From: Octopus vulgaris
Taxonomy: Eukaryota
Reading direction: 5' to 3'
Assembly (NCBI GenBank): GCA_951406725.2
Contig: OX597814.1
Span: 88,536,001 to 88,600,000, forward strand
DNA: 64,000 nt
Part shown: positions 13,191 to 27,113 of the stretch, piece after piece
How positions within the stretch are numbered: position 1 is the first letter of the stretch
Layout of the letters: each line of letters begins with the position of its first letter
Notes under the pieces: generated by a model
What the model saw: the letters and a program-made list of their open reading frames with translations, nothing else
What the model was told of the DNA's origin: nothing
Database searches by the model: none
Position numbers and translations under genes: made by a program

Positions 13191-13587
13191 GCGAGTATCA
13201 GTGCACCTTGAAGTCACTATACTGATAACCCTCTACCGGGAGATTAGTCTGAAAGCTTGCACAAAGTGAACTGTTTAAGGGCACCAATGGGCCAGTAGAT
13301 GCTATTAAACAAGGCACTGTGATGTGACCACCACCCTCCTCTTCAAAAGAAGAACCTTTTTCACATCTACTTAGTTCGTCATACACATCATGACTATGTC
13401 AAGCAACACAGCACTAAGCATATAATGATCCAACGTGGAATAACAATGCATTAACAGTGTTAAAATCATATAAAAACATAAAACATAAAACATAGTTAAG
13501 TGTTGGCTAATCATCTCTTCCTTACAAATGTTAAGCCAATGGAGAATTTACTGACACTGTGGTAGAATACTGGGAGGAAGATTAGGA

Positions 13588-13666
<79 letters not shown>

Positions 13667-15921
13667 AATATATATTGTGGTTGGTTCTTTAATTTGCTTT
13701 TAGTAGAAAAAAATTCAACTCACAACACCTCAATACATCTTGTAAATATGTTACAGAGTGCTCGGTTAAAGCTCACAAGAGTTTCATTCAACTGCAGTGT
13801 TCACTTTTTTCGTAGTTATAACTTCAATAGAGATGAGCTCTGGCAAGCAGACCTTAATTTTGATATACTGCATAAAATTAAATCTTCATTGCTGACCCAA
13901 TCACTCAAATGGTCTACCATATTCGCTATTACCGCTGTATAAGAGAACTTTGGGAAAAAGCAACTATGAAAAGCATCTATGAAAGGCATATTAGAAAGGC
14001 AGCTATGAGAAAGTGCATATTTGCGTTCGTCTACCTAATGTTCATCAGAGTAATCACTTGTACCATGCCACTTCAACATATTAAGCACTTCACTTAACTC
14101 TTGACATTATATGATGTTTGTAAGTATGCGTGGTTACTTTAATATCTCTTTAAAATCATAAGAGCTAATCTCTAAAAGAATGAGGTAAATTTGTTCCTGG
14201 TTCAAACTGGACAGCAATTAGAATGATATCTCATACCCACTGGGTTGTTTGAACGTCGCTGAATACTACATCATCGTGCAATAATTTATGGTAGAACAGA
14301 TATATAAAAATCATTTTCTGTTATCTTCTTTTTAAGGCCCAAGTTAAATAAACCCTTATCAATTATACTGCACTGAATTGTGTGACAGAGAGAATTAACT
14401 TTTGGTGATTCACCAGTTTCAAGGTGTAATTAGGAAGACAAATTGGTTTCTCTTTGTCGTCACTGGGTATGAAAAAATATAAAAGACTTGAAATCAGCTC
14501 TGTAAGTTAATAAAACTTTTATTAATAATTACTTCAAATTCCCATACAAGGGTAGCAATTGGAGATGGTGTATCGACCCCAATGGTATATTATTTAACGA
14601 CCACGAAGGATTGAAAGGCATTGTTGACCTAGGCGGCATTCGAACTTAGAACGTAAAGCCGGAAGAAATGCCTCTAAACATTTTGTCCGGTGTGCCAACG
14701 ATTCTGCCACTTCTTAGTCATACACTTTCCTTAATACCTACAATAGTGGCATCGACAAAACTAGAGGCAATTAACTGTATTTTAACTGTAGATCTTTCAA
14801 TAGGTAATTAGATACTCTGTCAAGTCGACCGTCAGGAACAGAAAAAGAAAGATATAGAAAAAAGGGCGTGCGAATGAGAGAGAGAAAAAGAGAGAAAGAG
14901 AGTGGCGGGGCAGATAAACAAAGCAATGAACGGATGCATTTTGAAATGGCACAAGATTTTGAGACAAGAAACGGCAATGCTGTGACATTCATACTTTCCT
15001 CACGTGCATTAGCAACGGAAATGAAGGGAATTATCTTTTAGTCAAGAATAGAAAATATGATATGAATTTGACTTGCCAAGAACTTATTACTTTACTTTGT
15101 ATTTGATAAACTTATATATCACAATCAAAATACAATGTATTTTTGACTTCTGTACCTACTGTGTATGTTTATTTGAAGAATATAAATAAACGTAGTTTGA
15201 CTGGTCACCAATAACCTTCTGTTTTTTTTTGTTTTTTTCATAATCTATATATATCAATGACATCATTTTTGCTTCAACCATTAGCTGATCAGAATGAATC
15301 GCAGTTAATATTATCTCAGCTTACCATACAGGGTCTAAAAATAGCTTATCACAAATCTTTTAAGATTTATCATCTAGGACGGATTGGATATTAATCAGTA
15401 GGTAATGTCAATATACATACATACATACATACATACATACATACATACATACATACATACATAGATGCATGCATACATGCACATGCCCATTCACACACAA
15501 CAGACACACGTTCACACACACACACACACACCATGTGCAGCATATATATTAACCCATTATTCATTTTATCATAAAACAGAAAGTTTTAGATTTTACTTGA
15601 TGGAAGTTTACCGGTTGATAGTTTTATTCATTGACTGTATCTTAAATATATCTGCAATTGAAAATGGTCACCCTTTGCTTTCATCATAATCCGTCATTTT
15701 TTATACCAGCCATTTTCACCTCCAAATTCTATTTAATTAAGGGTAGACAATAACTCAGCAAAATGTTAGGAAGCGTTATACAATATTTGCAAATATTTTT
15801 GCGAATAAGAATGCTTCAACTTATAAATTTAGTATCGTAACAGCCAATTCATGAAACCATTCTGTAACACACACACACACATACACACATTCTGTGTGTG
15901 TATGTGTGTGCGTGCGTGCGC

Positions 15922-15974
<53 letters not shown>

Positions 15975-15975
<1 letters not shown>

Positions 15976-16370
15976 TAGTTATCAACTCGTCCTCTTGAAA
16001 CTTCTTGAGCCACTTTCTTCACATGACTTCGCAAATGACCCTTCATGCCAGCTTTTTAGTTCATCACTTTGCCACACAGGTAGCACTTCAAGCCAAGTTG
16101 CTGGGGTTACTGCAACTGCTTCATATCCTCATGCCTCACATGTGACTTTTGAAGCCAGTAAGACAAAGGCAGATTATTTCACCTCATCCACCCATTGAAT
16201 GTTGCAAAGCTTACCAATGGCACAAATACATGATACGGATGGTATTTACAACATTCTTAGTTATTTTCTTAAAGTTTTTTTTCTTCTTTTTACTTTTCAC
16301 CATGGTTGTCAGCAATAAACTTATGTCGGAAACCGTGGTACTCTTTACCATGACCCGATCTGTTGACATA
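15975..16370 (-). mobile_element. 3' fragment of a multi-zinc-finger RTE LINE
   Basis: Manual translation gives LKCYLCGKVMN*KAGMKGHLRSH (about 16021-16091), preceded by a broken finger ICLCLTGFKSHM*. Confidence 0.6.
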
Positions 16371-16579
16371 TGCCTCTAGAGTTTCTGTTACTCATAGAAA
16401 AGCAGGATTTGTAGTCAGCGTTTACTCCTTCCCTGCTGTTTTCCTTTAGAAACAAGGCTACCTCGTGAAGGATGTAATCTTAAAAACCACGCACAGCGGT
16501 CCTTGGCGTGGAGGATAAAAGCTCTTCCCTTGACTTCAACACACACCTCGGCTTCCAACCCCCGGCTCCCAAAGTTCAG

Positions 16580-17215
16580 ATAGAACCCACAATATGGTAG
16601 AAGCCATAGCCACTCATAATAAAAAGGAGTACTGGTGGAATGTCTCAGTGAAGACCACAATAAAATGTAAGCACAAGAGAGATGATATAATAATTTGAGA
16701 CAGAGAAGAGAAACTGTGCACATTTGTGGAAATTAGCTGCCCAGCAGATGTTAACATAATGCTGAAGATCAGTGAAAAAGAGAATACCTATGCTGAACTA
16801 TTGAGAAATCTGCAGTTACTCTATCCAGATTATAAGTTCAGGTTTATACCTGTAATTATTGGGGCCCTGGGATATATAACACACTGCCTAAATACCAATC
16901 TTGAGAAATTAGACTTCTCAAAACCAGAAAAGAGAAAGTTAATTCGAAGACTACAGATCCAATCCATCACTGAACCTGTAAAAATCTATCATTTAAATAT
17001 ATATGAGCATGTCTAGATATGCAACTATATGCATGAGAATACATACATGAAGCAAACATACAAATATGCACATATACATATATACATACATACAAACAAA
17101 ATACCTAGTTGTTGCTATAGAAATTCCAATGAAGGAGCCTTGGATCTAGGTTAGAAACCGGCTCTTTATTGGTAAGAAACATTGAAATAAAACTGAACAA
17201 TCACATACATGCGTA
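16580..17215 (+). mobile_element. 3' end of an R4/Dong-like non-LTR retrotransposon (restriction-like endonuclease and 3' UTR)
   Basis: EYWWNVSVKTTIKCKHKRDDIII*DREEKLCTFVEISCP...EKENTYAEL...IPVIIGALG fits the RLE pattern HNRPDI..(D/E)...K..Y..L..P...GALG. Confidence 0.8.
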
Positions 17216-17461
17216 ATACTTTTTTTTACCGTGTACACCGATACCTGGAATGAATATTGCTGTACATGGGGCAATTAATGATATTTTTTATCGGTTGAAA
17301 GATACAATCACCGGTCAGCAAAACATTTTGTCCGCTGGAAGTGTAAACAAAGTTAGGAGCTTGATTTAGGCCCAAAGGCCCGGGTAGTTTAGGCTGACGA
17401 GACACAATATGCCGAAATACTGGTGTTCTATAATCATATACATACATATATACACACACAC

Positions 17462-17506
<45 letters not shown>

Positions 17507-17524
17507 CGTAAATGTGTGTGTATA

Positions 17525-17769
17525 TATTCTTTTATTCTTTTATTTTTTAAATGTTTCAGTCATTTGACTGCGGCCATACTGGAGCATCGCCTTTAGTCGA
17601 GCAAATCGACACCAGGACTAATTCTTTGCAAGCCTAGTACTTATCTTATTGGTCTCTTTTGCCGAAACGCTAAGTTACGATGACGTAAACACACCAGCAT
17701 CGATTGTCAAGTGATGCAGAGGGGAGGGCAAAAACGGACACACAAACACACACATGCACACACACACAC

Positions 17770-17856
<87 letters not shown>

Positions 17857-18015
17857 ACGGGATTCTTTCAATTTCCATCTTCCAAATCCACTCACAAGGC
17901 TTTGGTCGGCCCGAGGCTATAGTAGAAAGCATTCGCCCAAGATGCCACGCAGTAGGACTGAACCCGGAACCATGTGGCTGGTTAGCAAAAAGCTACTTAC
18001 CACACAGTCATTCCT

Positions 18016-18016
<1 letters not shown>
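17525..18016 (-). mobile_element. SINE family A, full length, with internal (TA)n(TG)n
   Basis: Reverse complement of the 54611-55041 copy, with A/B-box-like head. Confidence 0.9.
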
Positions 18017-18057
<41 letters not shown>

Positions 18058-18145
18058 TGTTGTGTCTGGGGAGAGTCATTCTCTTTTTGTGCCTTATAAT
18101 TTAACACAATCACATTAAGAATCTTGCAAACCAAATCCAAAAACG

Positions 18146-18181
<36 letters not shown>

Positions 18182-19169
18182 TCACACACACTCGCACACA
18201 CACACATACACACACACACTTACACGCGCACACACACTCTGGTAAACAGACAGACAGATAGATAGATGGAAATTTATGACTCTCAACAAACAAGTTAGCC
18301 AGCTAATCGCCAACAGAATAAGTGCGTACTCTTTGGAAATGCACATCATTTTCTTGAAGGTGGTACAAGCGGAAACCGCTGTTCAAATAACTGCTAATAT
18401 ATTCAAGCTTGCACGTTATTATTACAGGCACCGACGCAGAAGATTTATCCATGAGAAAATTCTCTGTCGCACACAAAACATCACATATTAAAACAAATAA
18501 TATTGTATAAATCTCTAGTTGTCTTCTCTTAAAAAGAAAATCACGTGTAGGGCACATGTGCTTTAAACTACAGTTGGGGACAATGAAGCGTATTCATGCT
18601 TCTGAATCATTCTTACACGCCCTGAAAAATAGAATGAGTATAGTCGGACTACTTAATTTATTAACCTTGACTCGGGGAGTTGAAACAGAAAATCTACACG
18701 TGCTGATACTTTAGTTATAACGGTCAAACCCAAAACTAGTAATGTAACGAATTCATCCTAATTCTTTAAAATATTTCCACTACATTTTATATATTGTATT
18801 GCTGGGGCGGACCCAAGTGGGGCGGGCCTGAAGGTCACGTGTATCCCCTCCCTCCAAGAAAGGAAGTGCACCTTTCTAAATAATATTATTACGCCCTTTT
18901 CTCATGTAATTGTATTGCCTTCTGACCTTGTACCCTCCTTTCGAAAAACCTATATTGTCTTCTAGTAATTGTCTTCCATTATAATTCCATTCACAACCAG
19001 GCTATATTATAGGAATCTATTCTAGTTCTTAACTGGCACAATATTTTTTCGACCACAAGTAACTAAATACCACAAAGATTCTGCCTGTCCGTCGCCTGTA
19101 TTGATTTCATTTTGACCAAACACAAAGGAATGGGACGGTGTGAGATTCATCCTTTTCCCATGCATAAAT

Positions 19170-19440
19170 GCGCATGATCTGGTGGTTAGGGTGTTGAATT
19201 CACGATCGTAAGAGCGTGGTTTCGGTTCCTCGACGTACAAAGCACTTAATTTCACGTTGCTTTGCGATCGCTTCAACATCTGACGTGTGGCTCACGGTGC
19301 ACCTATATGGACAATGTCAAATTGATGGCATGAGTGAACACATTTACAACACAAACATTTTATCAATATAAACAAATCATTGCAGAAACAAAAATTGCAG
19401 AACCCTCATCTGTCGTTTACAACAGGAAATCCAACGAAAA
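19170..19440 (+). mobile_element. tRNA-derived SINE family D variant; related copy at ~33870-34120
   Basis: Head TGGTGGTTAGGGTGTTG..TCACGATCGTAAGA and ACTT.ATTTCACGTTGCT shared with 63473-63734. The body is shared with 33870-34120. Confidence 0.65.
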
Positions 19441-21071
19441 TATATATTAAAAAAATCGAAATATAAAAGATGTGAAATCATTTATAAATTCTCAAAGCAA
19501 AACTGACAAATTCGGTTTACCTATACCTTACTTTTGTTGTAGGAGGATATGTACATTAAGACTAACAATAAGTAAACAGTAATATGATAATAACAACTGC
19601 ACGTAAAAATGAAACAACACACATATCAAGCACTCAGCTTCCGAGGTAAATATCTTAAGTTGGATTGACGTTAGCATCGAAGACGATATCAAACTGAGCC
19701 AATGGGAGCCAAATCTCTCTGAAACCAAACTCTAATGTCAATAAAAAAGGGAAGGATGTATTGAAGAATATAGTCTGAGGTAAACTGCCTAAAAAGAGAA
19801 GATAAATAATCATGGCTAGAGAGACTTCAATGAAAGGTCTGTTCGACCAGGGCTGACTTAAAGTTAAACTAAAACTCGCCATAATATTTGAGAATGGTTC
19901 TTCCGATAAAACTCAATCGTCAGTGAAGTCATAACATCTATATGGACTATGTAATCGTCAATCTTCTGACAATTAACTCGAATACTGTGAAGAAGTACCT
20001 TGAGGTATAGGGACTAAGGAAGAAAACAAGAGGAAATATCAAAAACATAAATTTTGAAGTTCCAAACCTGTGAAGAAAAGCTGGTATTAAGGTGGAAATT
20101 TTACCATTTCTTACACGTAGAAAGATGTTTTCCATTTACGATAAGCAAAACGGATTGCGGGTTGCATGAAATTATATGAAATACATAGTTTAGCGACGAA
20201 GATGAAATTGACGAAGTGAAAATTAACCGCAGATCCAGCTGCTGTGCGGTATGCAAGTTACACACCATAGTTGTCAGGGAATTGCGCAGCAGCTTCTGGT
20301 AATAAAGACCCTTCTGAAGAAACCATTTTGTTTAGCTCAAATATAGAAAGTTGGTATCGGTGGCGAATCCATCGATTGTTCTACTGTGCCTACCACTCAA
20401 TAGGGATGACGGAGAGGGAAGAAGTCACAGACTCATCAAATAAAATGTAGCCAGAAAGCAGAAGTATGGAAGATGATCTTATTGTGCAATCCACATGAAA
20501 GTGTTGGACCCAGCTTCCTACATTTCGGATTTTCGCGAAAAGTTAGTAATTGTAAGTAGATATGGTAACGGCTTGCACCAGGCGTCAGTGATGTGCACCA
20601 CATGGTGAGAATTAATAGTAGGAGAGAAGATGAAATAGTGATACGAAACTAGAAACCGAAAGTGGTGCAGTTGTACAAGAAGTAGAAACGGGTAGATACA
20701 ATGAATATGATAACTGGATACAGTATTGCGTTGGGCTTAATCTTATACATTATCGTGAATAAAGTGTATTTGGAAATTATTATTGTAAATTTTTCATGGT
20801 TTGGTCAAAAGCATGGAGAAGTGTTTATGTCCTTCACAAGCTCTGTAAGACTGATGAAAATGCTACGATTGAACATTGCCGTATTCAGGAGAAAGGAAGG
20901 CGGAGGAGGAATCATAACGGTCAATCTGCAGGGATGGAAATATTGGAAAGCGGTTAATTAGAGCCCGGAGGGTGATACACTGTTGCAGTAACGAAAAGAT
21001 AGACAATTGTATCGGGTGGACTTAGAACGAGATGGGATGCAGCCAGTGTACCATCCAAGATATGTGCTCAT

Positions 21072-21109
<38 letters not shown>

Positions 21110-22752
21110 GTTTTACAATCAGGAAAGAAAAAAATGTGCTTACACAAGGTTTTAAGATGAAATTTGAGCGATAGTTACTCGCAAGGATGCGTACGTATTT
21201 TGCATATAAAGACAAGATTTGCACATAATACAAATATCTATACACAGCCATGGAAAAAAATTAAAAGAGCATATTGACTATAGCTAGCATAAGTGATTCC
21301 TTTTTACAAAGAGGTAAAACTGCAAATATAAGAATAAACTGTTTATTACAATGTACAAATTAGAGAGAATAGTTTAAATACAGCATCGATATTGCAAGTT
21401 CTTTCATTGATATAAGAAAGGGAGAGAGGGCGAAAGAGAGAGAGAGAGGGGAGGGAGAGAAGAAGAGAAAGGAAGAGAGAGGGAGAGAGAGGGAGCATGT
21501 CTACATTACTGGCAATCTCCATACAATATCATTAAAAAGTGGAGAACGACTGGGTGCGACAAAGTCTGAAGGATATTGTTGATTTTCTGTTAACAGTGCT
21601 GATTTAGACTTAATAAGCTATATAAAACTTACTGGTCCTCTCTTACAAGAATTACCCAGAAGGCTCCACAACGATTAATAAGATAAGCACATTTTAAATA
21701 ATTGTGAGATCCTAAGTTCATGAGCGTAGCTATAGCGGAACAGCATTTTGTAAAGGGCGGTACTTTTGATACGTATTATGTCGCACTTTTCATGAGTAGG
21801 TGGGACCACACGCAATGTCCACCTCGAGCGACACAAACCCTAGCTTCACCTATGTTGCAATTTGTTTTACATATGCCAAAATCTGATTAAAAAAACTAGC
21901 AGATATAAAGTATCCGACATAAACAGCAGATGTAAGAAATTTTCTTCTAATAAAGTAAGGGTAAACAAAAGAACATATGCTGAGTAACATAGCTAAAGCA
22001 TTTTTTTCTTGACTTCGGATCTTTTGCACATGTTTTCATAGCACTTTTTATATCTATATTTCTTCTTTATTATATAATTTTCTATCGATCAAGCTGAAAA
22101 GAGTTTAATCTGTCTTGTCTTACTGGTAACGAAAATATGATTTTATATGCTGTAGTTAAACTAAAAGCTTCTCTCTGCCGTGACCACACTTATAAGTATT
22201 TGAGGGTCGCATTATTCTTAAGTCAACCCTCAGATTTGGAATAGCACCTGTGACTTATTGATTGCTGGTAAATCCAACGACTTCTATTGAAAGCTATACA
22301 TCTCCAGGAAATAATTCTTTTGCAACATTTAGTTCAGGCAAGTGGTCATACACATTAATATCATTATTTTCTTGATATCATAACTTATCCCCCAAACCGT
22401 AACAGATTTCATTCGTTCTTTTATCTAACATCTGCATTTAAATTTTAGTTTATTTTTGTTTGGCAAATCGATTATATTATTAAAAAATGCCCATATGTTT
22501 ATGTCGAAACTTTAAAACTGTCCACATCTTTCTGATTATCAACAATGGCTGTATCGAATTTTCTTTGTGAGTCGCCTTTGCAGAGAACCTTATTAATGCA
22601 TTCATATTCAAATGACCATTTTTTTAGCGCATTCTTTTACTTTTTAAAACGGGCTCTAAATCTAATTTAGAACCTAATTATTTTGCTGATGCATACTCTT
22701 TCAAATTCATTTATTGTTCTGCTGATATCATTTGCGTTGCTTAAGATAGTGT

Positions 22753-23136
22753 GTGGAAGCACTCCGTCGGTTACGACGACGAGAGTTCCGGTTGATCCGA
22801 ATCAACGGAACAGCCTGCTCGTGATATTAACGTGTAAGTGGCTGAGCACTCCACAGACACGTGTACCCTTAACGTAGTTCTCGGGGATATTCAGCGTGAC
22901 ACAGAGCACTCTCTGTGTCACGCTGAAATACAGGTACAACAGAAACAGGAAGTAAGAGTGAGAGAAAATTGTGGTGAAAGAGTACAGCAGGGATCACCAC
23001 CATCCCCTGCCGGAGCCTCGTGGAGCTTTAGGTGTTTTCACTCAATTAACACTCACAACGCCCGGTCTAGGAATCGAAACCGCGATCCTATGACCGCGAG
23101 TCCGCTGTCCTAACCACTGGGCCATTGCGCCTCCAC
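22753..23136 (-). mobile_element. tRNA-derived SINE family C, full length
   Basis: tRNA-like head GTGGAGGCGCAATGGCCCAGTGGTTAGG...GGTTTCGATTCC. Perfect 12-bp TSD TTAAGATAGTGT at 22741-22752 and 23137-23148. Confidence 0.9.
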
Positions 23137-26100
23137 TTAAGATAGTGTAGCGAGATCTAGAATCGAGCCAAAATCTTTAGTTACCAGTGCCGAGACACGT
23201 GCACATCACATCCGGTTCATACAGGACTGAGTTGGTTGTCAACCAATCAGCTTGCGGCGATATCATAAACACCATCTCAAATGTCCTTGAGGTTCGTGCG
23301 CTTTTCTCAATGTCAAAGTAGTTTCGTCCGAAGAATAACGACAGAGGTTCGAAACTGCCACCAGAGAACATACATTCTCACCTCTCGCCACAAGCAAGCA
23401 GAATACAGCTTAATATGGCAGAAGGAACGTTAAGTTCTGCTTGCTGAATTCAACCAGGAGTATAAATGATTTCTTGTATAATGACAAAACCAACTCTTTT
23501 GGGCATCGCGAACATTAATTATTATTATTATGACTTGTTACATTGAGCTCGATTTCTAACCTCACTACCTTATCACCAGCAACCAATTGAAGTTTATATT
23601 CAATTATTTGCCTGTTCAATAAATCTTACAATAAGTAACAACATACCCGAACAGCGACATTGGTGACAGCCAAAAGTCCTTGCAAAGCGACAATATCATA
23701 TCAAGCATTCATTATCTCTACAAAACTGTAATCTATTTCATATACAAATGTCTCTACTTCATGTCGCTCAGATCTGATAATTTGCGAAATAGCTAAAAGA
23801 ACAGTCAGATAAACACTTACACTTCACAAAAATTAGAAGATAATTGTGTTACAACAAGCTACAGCTGCCTAGGATGTGTAGTAATTAGATAGTCCATATG
23901 TGCAAGAAGCAAGAAAATAATTATTCCTCTCTACTATAAGCACAAGGCTTGAAATTCGGGAGGAGGGGGCTAGTCGATTACATCGACTCCAGTACTTAAC
24001 TAGTACTTATTTTATCGACCTAAAAAGAAGGAAAATTAAGGCCGACAGCGACGGAATTCGAACTCACAGGAAGACAAATACTAAAATAAGAATGGTTCTA
24101 TACAGCTATTTATTAAGCGACTTAGGGGTCACAACTCGCAATCCTTTAAGTTTACTGATTATGACTTACAAACACAATTTCTTTTACTTCATGATTCATG
24201 ATCAAAAGTGCTGCTTCTTAATTTCTTTTAAACCTAATGACTGAATGTACTGCTTGTTAACATTTGAAGTAGCTATTTCAAATCTCGAACTGTCAATTCG
24301 CTTATAAGAATCGAAGATTTGGAAAGTACAACTGCTACTTTCTCTTTTAATTTGGACACACTTCCTGAAAAACTGGATGAATTTTCTTATGCACGATTTA
24401 GATAACCAACACTCTCCATTCCCAATCTTCCATTCCCGTGCTCACTTATGCAAAATGTTAAACTAAGTTTGTCTCTACCAAAAGATTTTTCACATTTTGC
24501 TTTCATTTCTTGCTTTTATCATTGTCACTTTTTCATTCCAAACACTTATTGTGGGGTTCTACCTGGGTGACAGCCCAAGTTAATAACTTTTGCTAGCTCT
24601 GTACGGGTCACTTGTTATTCATAACAATCCTATGTAGTTACCGCTCAGAGGTTAAATTAGAAATGCATTTATCAAAAATAATGACCACACTTCCAAGAAG
24701 TTATATTCAGACTCAAATTTATAATAATATTTCAGCTTCTAGTTGTCACTTCATTCCAATAATTTAAGTTGATATCGTTTCTAAGTTTTACAGGAATGTC
24801 AAATTTTATGATTTTGAAAGACCTACGCATGTTTCGTAATACAGACGACCGTGCAAAAATTTTGCACCAATGCAACCAATGTTCATGAATTTTATCTTAT
24901 CAAGGAAATACTTCTGTTGTTAGAAGACGCGATTTGTACTTACTATGGAATGAAGATTAAGATAATTCACTTAAGATTCATTTAAGATTCGTTGCAAAGA
25001 GCGTTGCTCTAACAGAAAAGTTAGGGTACAAAAAATGTACCCCAGTATTTGTTCTCATCCAATTATCTTACGGTTCCGTCGTATCTCTGAAGTTGATAAA
25101 TAGCTGCTGAAATCAAAATTTGAACTTGTATTAGGTCAAAATAAATATATTTTACCCATGATTTTGTTTAAAGTAAAAACGCTTCTTATTCATAACTGAG
25201 CAAAGTATTGTGGATAACTTTAATTTTTATCCCCTTCAGACTACCATAACTTGAAATTAGTTATCGTCTGCAACTTCATTTTTTTTGTGTATGTGTGTTG
25301 GGGGAATATATGTGAATATAAATAATTACTTAACCCTCATTTATATATTTGAATTCAGTTTTCTATTTATCAAATTAGTCATTCATTTAAACAAGAAATG
25401 TTTTCCTTTTTGAATGTGTGCCAATAACAGTCAACAACAAACGCGATGTGTATATAATGAAAATCACATGATTTGCAACTTCTCAAATAGAGTCAGCATT
25501 GTAGGTGTACTAAGAATGCTATGTTAACAAGAAGTATGGGGTGAAAGTTTAAAATATGGCGAACACGTGCCAAGAAAACCACGTGAAAGGGTCAGACGGC
25601 AGAAATACAAAAAATAACAAAAACGGTAAGGTTTATTTGTACTACAAGCAACTATTTATATATAAGTACGTTTCAGTTTACAAACATTTAATTTACTCAA
25701 CGTAAGATAAGCTTTAAACCTGTAAGGAAGATTTGTAAAAATTGTTAACGTCTGTCGGGGCAGATAAAACGCCAAAAGAAATTGAGGGAGAGAAGAATAA
25801 AGAGTAAAATAAGGAGATAGTCTTTTTCTTATGACTTATCTCTTTTAATGGGATGTACTTTTGCGTGAATGTACGCGTGGAGGAATGATGAGCTGTAGTG
25901 TATGCGCGCAAAAGTGTGTTAGCAATCAACAGCACAAATAAGACTTTGGCGTCATAACACACGGCCGGTATGTTACCTCTACTTCTGTCGAAGCCCCACG
26001 GTCGGGCGAGGATATGGACTGTATAGTGTGGCATAGTAGCTTATTTAATGCTGATACAAATCGAACCTAATACTTAAATTGTTTATCACTTCCGGAAGAG

Positions 26101-26472
26101 TGAAACACAAATGACGTCAGTGGGGTTTTAACTCTGACACTGCAGCAAATTAAAAGGAAAGTATGAGAGCAGGAAAATGCAATAATGCACGATATAAAAA
26201 TATTTTAATGAGATATGTTTATTTATAGAATGTTCTTTCAATCTTGCCACCAAACAGGAGTTTGTTTAAATTAAGATCTGAAGCTTCAATCACGAAGAGA
26301 CTATACCTACCTACCTACCGACCTACCGACCTACCTACCTACCTACCTACCTACCTACCTACCTACCTACCTACCTACCTACCTACATACATACATACAT
26401 ACATCCCTACCTACATACATACATACATACCTACTTACCTACCTACATGCATGTATACATATATACATATGT

Positions 26473-26523
<51 letters not shown>

Positions 26524-26582
26524 GAAATATTAAAATTACTAAGTCTCTCTAAAGGAGATTACGGCAGCGTTACTGGAAATTA

Positions 26583-26996
26583 ATAGTTATCGCCATACTA
26601 ATATGGCAGTCTTATAAATATAAGACTAAAGCTGTCGCTGATTAGCTCCATGTGACCAACGCCTCAAGCTAGCTATTTGACACACAAACTGCGTCCATTA
26701 TAAACCTTCGAACAGGGGAGGTCAGCCGCTTCATCCTGCCAGTAAGACAGCTGCAGACATGTTTCAGGGTATTTGCCCTTTATCAATTGATAAAGGGCAT
26801 TGATAAAGGGCAAATACCCTGAAACATGTCTGCAGCTGTCTTACTGGCAGGATGAAGCGGCTGACCTCCCCTGTTCGAAGGTTTATAATGGACGCAGTTT
26901 GTGTGTCAAATAGCTAGCTTGAGGCGTTGGTCACATGGAGCTAATCAGCGACAGCTTTAGTCTTATATTTATAAGACTGCCATATTAGTATGGCGA

Positions 26997-27003
<7 letters not shown>
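26583..27003. repeat. Perfect 204-bp inverted repeat (fold-back Penelope-like pLTR pair)
   Basis: Arms 26583-26786 and 26800-27003 are exact reverse complements by eye. The centre carries an extra TTGATAAAGGGCA. Confidence 0.95.
26797..26833 (+). ncRNA. Minimal type I hammerhead with U3-A8 core variant, mirrored on the - strand in the left arm
   Basis: GCA-TTGATAA-AGGG(CAAATA)CCCT-GAAA-CATGTC-TGC, with predicted GUC cleavage after 26830. Confidence 0.7.
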
Positions 27004-27042
<39 letters not shown>

Positions 27043-27113
27043 CATACATACATACATACATACATACATACATACATACAAACATACATACATGCATATA
27101 TACATACATATAA

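Noticed and set aside
19950-20960. Ancient CR1-like RT 3' region on the - strand
   Set aside because: Only faint motif echoes, and I could not reconstruct a defensible alignment by eye.
23055-23136. tRNA gene (also 42316-42395 and 63660-63734)
   Set aside because: These are tRNA-like heads continuous with SINE bodies, two of them with clear TSDs, and they lack a proper acceptor stem and terminator.
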